A stretch of DNA of 64,000 bases from an uncultured Halobellus sp. (GTDB lineage Archaea > Halobacteriota > Halobacteria > Halobacteriales > Haloferacaceae): positions 7,096 through 71,095 of the forward strand of contig CAZIQT010000002.1 of the NCBI GenBank assembly GCA_964541645.1, written 5' to 3'. Positions within the stretch are counted from its first letter, which is position 1. Every line of letters starts with the position of its first letter. Both the position numbers and the translations under genes were made by a program. The notes beneath the pieces were generated by a model that had not been told where the DNA came from, ran no database searches, and saw nothing but the letters and a program-made list of their open reading frames with translations. Below are positions 58,684 to 64,000 of the stretch, one piece after another.

Positions 58684-59507
58684 GCACGCCGGCCGCGGAC
58701 GCCCGCGTGACGGTGGTCCAGACAGTCCCGGAGTTCGGGGCCGTCGGTGCGAACCGCCGGGCGACCGCCGAGGCGATCAGGGCGCACCCCGACGCCGACC
58801 TGGTGGTGCTTCCGGAACTGGCGTCCAGCGGCTACGTCTTCGAGTCCCGCGCGGAGGTCGACGCCGCGGCCGAACCCGCGGAGGGCCCGACCGCAGCGGC
58901 GTGGGCGGACGCCGCCGCGGAGACCGGCGCGTGGGTTGTCGGCGGCATCCCCGAACGTGACGGGACGGCGACGTACAACAGCGCCCTGATCGTCTCCCCG
59001 GAGGGCGTCGAGGCGGTCTACCGGAAGGTTCACCGGTGGAACGAGGAGAAGCGATGGTTCGAGCCGGGCGACCGGCTCCCCACGGTCGAGACGCCGTTCG
59101 GAACGCTGGGAGTCCAGATCTGCAACGACCTGTGGTTTCCGGAGGTGACCGTCTCCCAGGCGCTCGCGGGCGTCGACCTAGTGGCGATGCCGACGAACTG
59201 GGTCCCCGAGCCCCCCGAACGCCCCGCAGGGTGGACGATGGGCGTCCACCAGGCGGTCGCGGCGGCGAACGCGAACCGGGTGTTCGTGGCGTGTGCCGAC
59301 CGCGCGGGGACGGAACGCGGGGTCACCTTCGAGGGCCAGAGCGTCGTCGTCGACCCCGACGGGATCCCCATTGTGGGGCCGCTGCCGGACGCCGGCAGCC
59401 ATGCCGCGACCGTCGAGTGCGACCTCCGGCGGGCGCGGGAGAAGGCGCTGACCGAACGCGACCACGTGTTGGCGGACCGCCGGCCCGAACTCTACGGCAG
59501 CCGGTAG
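58680..59507 (+). CDS. Nitrilase-superfamily carbon-nitrogen hydrolase (amidase/carbamoylase)
   Basis: Catalytic triad E (LPELASSGY), K (YRKVH), C (ICNDLWFPE); DRRPELY; GTG start overlaps the upstream stop. Confidence 0.88.
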   Translation: MSTPAADARVTVVQTVPEFGAVGANRRATAEAIRAHPDADLVVLPELASSGYVFESRAEVDAAAEPAEGPTAAAWADAAAETGAWVVGGIPERDGTATYNSALIVSPEGVEAVYRKVHRWNEEKRWFEPGDRLPTVETPFGTLGVQICNDLWFPEVTVSQALAGVDLVAMPTNWVPEPPERPAGWTMGVHQAVAAANANRVFVACADRAGTERGVTFEGQSVVVDPDGIPIVGPLPDAGSHAATVECDLRRAREKALTERDHVLADRRPELYGSR

Positions 59508-59698
59508 CCTCGCGAGCCCCGGCGGCGACCCGCCGGCCGCGGGGAACCTTTATAGCTCGGCGCCGCCCGGATCGGGATGGCACACCGTTGCCACATTTCG
59601 AGACGATGATACCGATTCCCACGCGTGACACACACGAGGAGGCGACCGGATGACCGGCCCCCGCGATCGGGAGTCGGGGGCGACGACGGGGTGGTCCC

Positions 59699-60811
59699 GT
59701 GACTGACCTCCGCGTCTACTACGACGACGCCGCCTTGGCGCACGTCGCGCCGCGAGGGGAGTCGGACATGCCGCCGTCGGGGCGGCTCGCGGTCGACGAG
59801 CCGCACCCGGACCGGCGGGAGCGCGTCGAGAACGTCGTCGCGATCCTCCGGAGCGAACTGGACGGGGCGACGACGTGGGCGGACGTCGAGCCGGCGGCGC
59901 GGTCGCAGCTCGAACGCGTCCACTCCCCGGACCACGTCGACGGGATCAGGCGGTGGGCGGACGCGGGCGGCGGCCGGCTCACCCCGGAGACGGGCGGGAA
60001 CCGCGAGACCTACCGGGCGGCGGTGACCGCCGCCGGGGGCGCGATCGCGGCCGCGGAGCGGGCCGTCGACGCCGGGCTGCCCGAGGTACCGTACGCGCTG
60101 GTGCGTCCGAGCGGCCACCACGCGCAGTCCGAGCAGGTCGACGGCTTCTGCTTCTTCAACAACGTCGCCGTCGCCGCGGCGCACCTGCTCGCGACCGACC
60201 GCGCGGACCGCGTCGCCGTTCTGGATTGGGACGTCCACCACGCCAACGGAACCCAGGAGATCTTCTACGACCGCGACGACGTCTTAGTCGTGAGCCTCCA
60301 CCAGGACCACGACTCCTGGAGCCCGGAGACCCACCCGCAGGCGTGCGACCTGACCGAGCGAGGCCGGGGCGACGGCGCCGGCCACACGGTGAACGTCCCG
60401 CTCCCGCCCGGCACCGGCGACGAGGGCTACCGGAACGCGATGGCGGCGGTCGTCGAGCCGGTCGTGGCGGCGTACGATCCCGACGCGCTGCTCGTGAGTG
60501 CGGGCCAGGACCCCGGGACGATGGATCCGCTCGGCCGAAACACGCTCACCAAATCCGGGTTCGAGTCGCTCGGCGCTCGCGCCCGACGGCTCGCGGCCGA
60601 CCACGCCGACGGGGCCCTCGCGCTCGTCCAGGAGGGCGGCTACCACCTCAGCCACCTCGCGTACGCCACCCTGGGCGTGCTGGAGGGGGCGATCGACGTC
60701 GATACGGGCGTCTCGGACCCCTTCGCGTACGTCCCGGGCGACGCGCGCTCCGCGGGACGCGCGATCGACGCGGCCGTCGACGCACACCGCGAGGACTGGC
60801 CGCTGGAGTAG
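59699..60811 (+). CDS. Histone-deacetylase-family (class II / acetylpolyamine amidohydrolase-like) deacylase
   Basis: RPSGHHA, GFCFFNN, DWDVHH.NGTQ, NVPLP, SAGQD, EGGY. Confidence 0.9.
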   Translation: MTDLRVYYDDAALAHVAPRGESDMPPSGRLAVDEPHPDRRERVENVVAILRSELDGATTWADVEPAARSQLERVHSPDHVDGIRRWADAGGGRLTPETGGNRETYRAAVTAAGGAIAAAERAVDAGLPEVPYALVRPSGHHAQSEQVDGFCFFNNVAVAAAHLLATDRADRVAVLDWDVHHANGTQEIFYDRDDVLVVSLHQDHDSWSPETHPQACDLTERGRGDGAGHTVNVPLPPGTGDEGYRNAMAAVVEPVVAAYDPDALLVSAGQDPGTMDPLGRNTLTKSGFESLGARARRLAADHADGALALVQEGGYHLSHLAYATLGVLEGAIDVDTGVSDPFAYVPGDARSAGRAIDAAVDAHREDWPLE

Positions 60812-60843
60812 TCGACCGCGACGGATCGGCGGCGCCCGCGACG

Positions 60844-61488
60844 CTATTCGGGGACGACGCCGACCGCCCGGACGGGCGCGCCGTCGCTCGCGAGCGCCAT
60901 CGGGTACGCCCGGAGCTCGAACCGCTCGCCCACGCGGTCCAGGTTGGTGAGGTTCTCGAAGATCAGTCGGTCGTCACCGAGCAGCGTGTGGTGGATCCGG
61001 AAGCCGGTGGGTTCGTCGTCGCCGGCGTCGTCGGTCGGCGTCGGATCGGGGTTGAGCGCGTCGACCGCGACGTCGAACCCCCGGTCGGCACACGCCGCCG
61101 CGGCCGCGGGCGAGAGGTACGGGTGGTCGAGATACGCCTCGGTACCCCAGAAGTCGTCCCACCCGGTCCGGAACGCCACGAGGTCCGCGTCCGCGTCGCC
61201 GCCGGGAACGCGGCTCGCCGGGACGGGCGCCCGCGCGCCGAGGTCGGTGCAGTCGGCGACCACCGCGCGGCGGACGAACCGCTCGACCGGATACGTCTCG
61301 AGGGTCCGGCCGTCGGGTTCGGTGTGTGCGGGCGCGTCGACGTGGGTGCCGGTGTGGCTCCCGCACCGCACGGCGTCGACGTGGAAGCCGTCGGCGTCGT
61401 GGGTCGCGTGCGGATCCACCTCGACCGCGGGGTCACCGGGGTAGGTCTGCATCCCAGTCTCGACCGGATGGCTCAGGTCGACCTGCAT
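60844..61488 (-). CDS. Cyclase family protein (kynurenine formamidase-like)
   Basis: Start MQVDLSHP. YPGDP, HTGTHVDAPAH metal motif, ENLTNL, DGAPVRA. Confidence 0.88.
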   Translation of the reverse strand: MQVDLSHPVETGMQTYPGDPAVEVDPHATHDADGFHVDAVRCGSHTGTHVDAPAHTEPDGRTLETYPVERFVRRAVVADCTDLGARAPVPASRVPGGDADADLVAFRTGWDDFWGTEAYLDHPYLSPAAAAACADRGFDVAVDALNPDPTPTDDAGDDEPTGFRIHHTLLGDDRLIFENLTNLDRVGERFELRAYPMALASDGAPVRAVGVVPE

Positions 61489-61568
61489 ACCTCGTGTGGC
61501 GGGGCGTGAGGGCATAACTGTGGCCCTCGGCCCGGTGGTGAGCCAGCCTACGGGCGCCACGACGGGCG

Positions 61569-62105
61569 TCAGTCGGCCGCGACGGCGTCGGTCACCGTCC
61601 GCATCCGGCGCACGTCGAGGGTGACCGTACTCGCAGCGGGATCGACCGCTTCGACGGTGCCCGAGACGCGCAACTCCACCGTCGGCGTCGGGCCGATGGT
61701 GATGCGATCGCCCGGGGAGAACTGGTCCGCCAACCCGGCGACCGTCGCCGTCGCACGGCACTCGGTCGGGCTGTGGACGGTTTCGAGGTCGATCGCCTCG
61801 ACGGTGAGTCCGTCGACCGCCCGCCCATCACGCTCGACCGGCACGTCTGCGGGGTCGTCCAGCCGCTCGCTGTCCAGCGCCCGGTAGGCCGCCACGGTGG
61901 GTTTGTACCCGCCGCCCGGCCCCGGGATGCCCTCGACCAAGCGAAGCGCGCTCAGACTCTGCATGCGGTTCCGGATGGTTCCGGGGTTCCGGTCGACGGC
62001 GTCGGCGATCTCCGTGCCGCCGACGAGGCGAGTCTCGCCCCCGACCAGCTCGACGAGCGCCCTCAACAGCCGCTTCTGCTCCGGGCCAAGTTGTGGATTC
62101 TGCAT
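61569..62105 (-). CDS. HrcA/Rrf2-like HTH regulator (archaeal DUF293-type)
   Basis: G.EIA..VDRNPGTIRN.MQSL..L.LVEG.PGP.GGYKPT and IGPTP motifs; no CBS pair visible. Confidence 0.75.
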   Translation of the reverse strand: MQNPQLGPEQKRLLRALVELVGGETRLVGGTEIADAVDRNPGTIRNRMQSLSALRLVEGIPGPGGGYKPTVAAYRALDSERLDDPADVPVERDGRAVDGLTVEAIDLETVHSPTECRATATVAGLADQFSPGDRITIGPTPTVELRVSGTVEAVDPAASTVTLDVRRMRTVTDAVAAD

Positions 62106-62419
62106 ACCAATCGGTCCCTCGCAGTATTTTATAAACTTTGTCTACTCCGGCCTAGTAGAACTCGAACGTCCTAATATTTATTTTATAGCCAAACGCTACT
62201 ATGGTTTTTCCGGTCGAAACTCGAAACCGACGGTGAAGCGGAGCGCTCCGGCCCCCGGCTGCGCGTCCCGGCTCACGGGTCGGGGTCGACTCCCCGCGTT
62301 CGATATACCGGTATGTGGTTGATTTGCCCCCGTCCGCGCGGCCGGTCCGACGCACCGGCGTCGACCCCGAAACCCGGGAATTAATCCGGACTCGGATCGG
62401 ACGTGACGATGTCGACAGT

Positions 62420-62734
62420 ATGGACGGAGAGATCGACAAGTCGGGGGCGCCGGAAGGGTCGTCGGACTCGAAGCGGAGCGCCGGCGGATTCGACGGTCGG
62501 CTCCTCTCGGACCTCGCGGTCAACGTGATCCCGATCGGTATCATCGTGGCACTCACCGGGGTGATGGTGGTGTTCTCCCCGGGTGGAGCCGGCGAATCGG
62601 TCCTCCTGTTCCACGGCGCGCTGATCGCCGGGGTCGTGGTCGTCAGCGTCGTGGCCGGGTGGGCCGTGGGACGGCTCGGGTCGCCGCTCGAAGGGAGCGC
62701 GGGGAGACGCTACGACACGGAGTCCGACGAGTGA
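62420..62734 (+). CDS. Small 2-TM haloarchaeal membrane protein
   Basis: FD...L.DL.VN.IP.GI motif and two hydrophobic segments. Confidence 0.55.
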   Translation: MDGEIDKSGAPEGSSDSKRSAGGFDGRLLSDLAVNVIPIGIIVALTGVMVVFSPGGAGESVLLFHGALIAGVVVVSVVAGWAVGRLGSPLEGSAGRRYDTESDE

Positions 62735-62764
62735 GCGGTGTCGGTCGGATCGGAGGGTGAGGAG

Positions 62765-62786
62765 TGCTCCGTCAGGGATTCGAACC
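62765..62786 (-). mobile_element. tRNA 3'-end fragment (tRNA-Glu-like); putative att site
   Basis: The minus strand reads GGTTCGAATCCCTGACGGAGCA (T-loop, 3' T-stem, acceptor 3' strand, discriminator). The 5' part of the tRNA is absent. Confidence 0.65.
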
Positions 62787-62923
62787 AAACTCCTCACCGT
62801 GAGAGGACAGACCCTACTCGCGGGAGTTCCGGTCACACTCGCTTTTCCCTCCCGCCTGAACCGGTCGGATGCCCCGTCGTTCTGTGCTGTGAGTTGTGCT
62901 TCTGGAGGTCAACGACAGGGTTA

Positions 62924-63433
62924 TCAGATGTTTAGCCGTTCGACGGCCGTTTTTCGGTGTTCCGTCGCTGGGACAACGTCGGTACCGTCGCACGCTGCCA
63001 GGCCGTGGGTCGGCATGTTGTTGTAGATCGTTTCGTACTCGTCGTCGCTCACGAGGTAAGTTTCGTGCCAGATCCCGACTGCGGCGTCGTCGTTGGTGCC
63101 GCCCCGGTAGTACTCTTGCCACGCCGAGTAATGCGATCGATCGCTATCCCGAGCGTATTCCCGGAGTGACTCGAATGAGTCCCAATACTGGACGAACCCG
63201 ACGTTTCGGATCCCGGGTCCGAGAACAGTTCGGCTTCCGAGTAGCCCGGAGTCGGAGTCGCCGACCAGCTCCCGAACCATCCGCGGCGCAACGAACAGGA
63301 TGGGCAACCACCGGTGGAGTTTCCAGAACGCGTTGATCCGCATCCCGACGTGGAACACGACGAACTCCTCGCCGCGCTCGGCGGTGACTCTCCCTTTACA
63401 CATCTCGGCATCGTCCGGGTCAGAGCGTGACAT
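62924..63433 (-). CDS. DUF4188-family protein (monooxygenase/aldoxime-dehydratase-like fold)
   Basis: VVF.VGMRIN, M..EL, VQYWDSFESL..YAR, H..AW, VGIWHETY, YE.IY.NMP..GL. Confidence 0.8.
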   Translation of the reverse strand: MSRSDPDDAEMCKGRVTAERGEEFVVFHVGMRINAFWKLHRWLPILFVAPRMVRELVGDSDSGLLGSRTVLGPGIRNVGFVQYWDSFESLREYARDSDRSHYSAWQEYYRGGTNDDAAVGIWHETYLVSDDEYETIYNNMPTHGLAACDGTDVVPATEHRKTAVERLNI

Positions 63434-63607
63434 CACCCGTGTCTTTGATCGACGGTTCCTTGCGGGTTACCCCAAGAGCTTGGGACTCGCTGACCCGGGG
63501 ATCTAGATTCGGACTCCCACCGGCGAGACGAGTGCATCACCGGGAATCGTTCGCCATCCCAAGGAGTTGGGCAAACGCTGAGTGGTGTGTGTGTGGGAAC
63601 GGTACAT

Positions 63608-64000
63608 ATGGGGCTCAAAGCGAAGCTTCCGGTGACACTGCCGACGGAGAACACGAGCCTCACGCGAGGGCTACTGCTGTTTGCGGTGATACCGACGATC
63701 CTGGGGGCAGCGCATCACGTCGACCACATCATCCGCGGCAACCACGTCGGGTGGCCAATCACCTCGCACGTGAACGCGTTCACGTTCAGCCTGGCGATCT
63801 ACCCGTTGCTCGGACTCAGTCTGTACCTCACGCTGACCCGCCGTGTCGAGGCGAAATACTGGGCCGGGTTCTTTGCGTTCAGCGCCGGGATGCTCGCGTA
63901 CTTTCATATCAGTCCGTGGGCGATCGAACCCCCGCGTGATGTGATGGCCCCGTATGCGAATCCACTGTTCGGATACCTTGCGTTCGGGATCGTGCTCGCC
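63608..64000 (+). CDS. Hypothetical membrane protein, runs off the right edge
   Basis: Not in the ORF track. Manual translation: MGLKAKLP...LGAAHHVDHIIRGNHVGWP...NAFTFSLAIYP...FHISPWAIEPP, open to the window end. Confidence 0.65.
   Translation, partial: MGLKAKLPVTLPTENTSLTRGLLLFAVIPTILGAAHHVDHIIRGNHVGWPITSHVNAFTFSLAIYPLLGLSLYLTLTRRVEAKYWAGFFAFSAGMLAYFHISPWAIEPPRDVMAPYANPLFGYLAFGIVLA

Noticed and set aside
62700..62860. Complete tRNA gene
   Set aside because: Only the 3' 22 nt are present; no D-arm, anticodon arm or 5' acceptor strand.
1..64000. CRISPR array, transposase, integrase, rRNA or defence genes
   Set aside because: No regularly spaced repeats or recognisable motifs were found by eye.

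Overview
GC-rich, densely coding window. Its acidic proteins, Tat-type lipoprotein signals and TATA boxes about 25-30 nt upstream of start codons point to a haloarchaeon (Halobacteria). From left to right it contains: (1) a ~22 kb IclR-associated sugar catabolic cluster (1-22.2 kb) with GH3 and GH31 glycosidases, a sugar ABC transporter, a Gfo-type dehydrogenase, an enolase-superfamily dehydratase, a DHDPS-family aldolase and an aldehyde dehydrogenase. Embedded in it is a module resembling bacterial sulfolactate desulfonation (D-2-hydroxyacid DH, LDH2/ComC-like DH, SuyA/SuyB-like split UxaA lyase, YeiH/SuyZ-type exporter). My best candidate for an undescribed system is that this cluster is an archaeal sulfosugar (sulfoquinovose-like) Entner-Doudoroff-type route ending in pyruvate + sulfite; this is inference. 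(2) Housekeeping-type genes, galK, oxidoreductases and a second sugar ABC transporter (22.4-37 kb). (3) An ~8 kb block with dabB/dabA, bracketed by two inverted copies of a ~110 bp structured repeat. (4) A ureBCAGDEF urease operon with a divergent Ni transporter. (5) A nitrogen-scavenging cluster with an NrpR-like repressor, a perfect CGGAA-N6-TTCCG operator, a polyamine-type ABC transporter with a fused permease, a nitrilase, an HDAC-family deacetylase and a cyclase. (6) A 22-nt tRNA 3'-end fragment at 62.77 kb that looks like an att site of an integrated element extending to the right. All product calls come from motif recognition by eye; no database searches were run.
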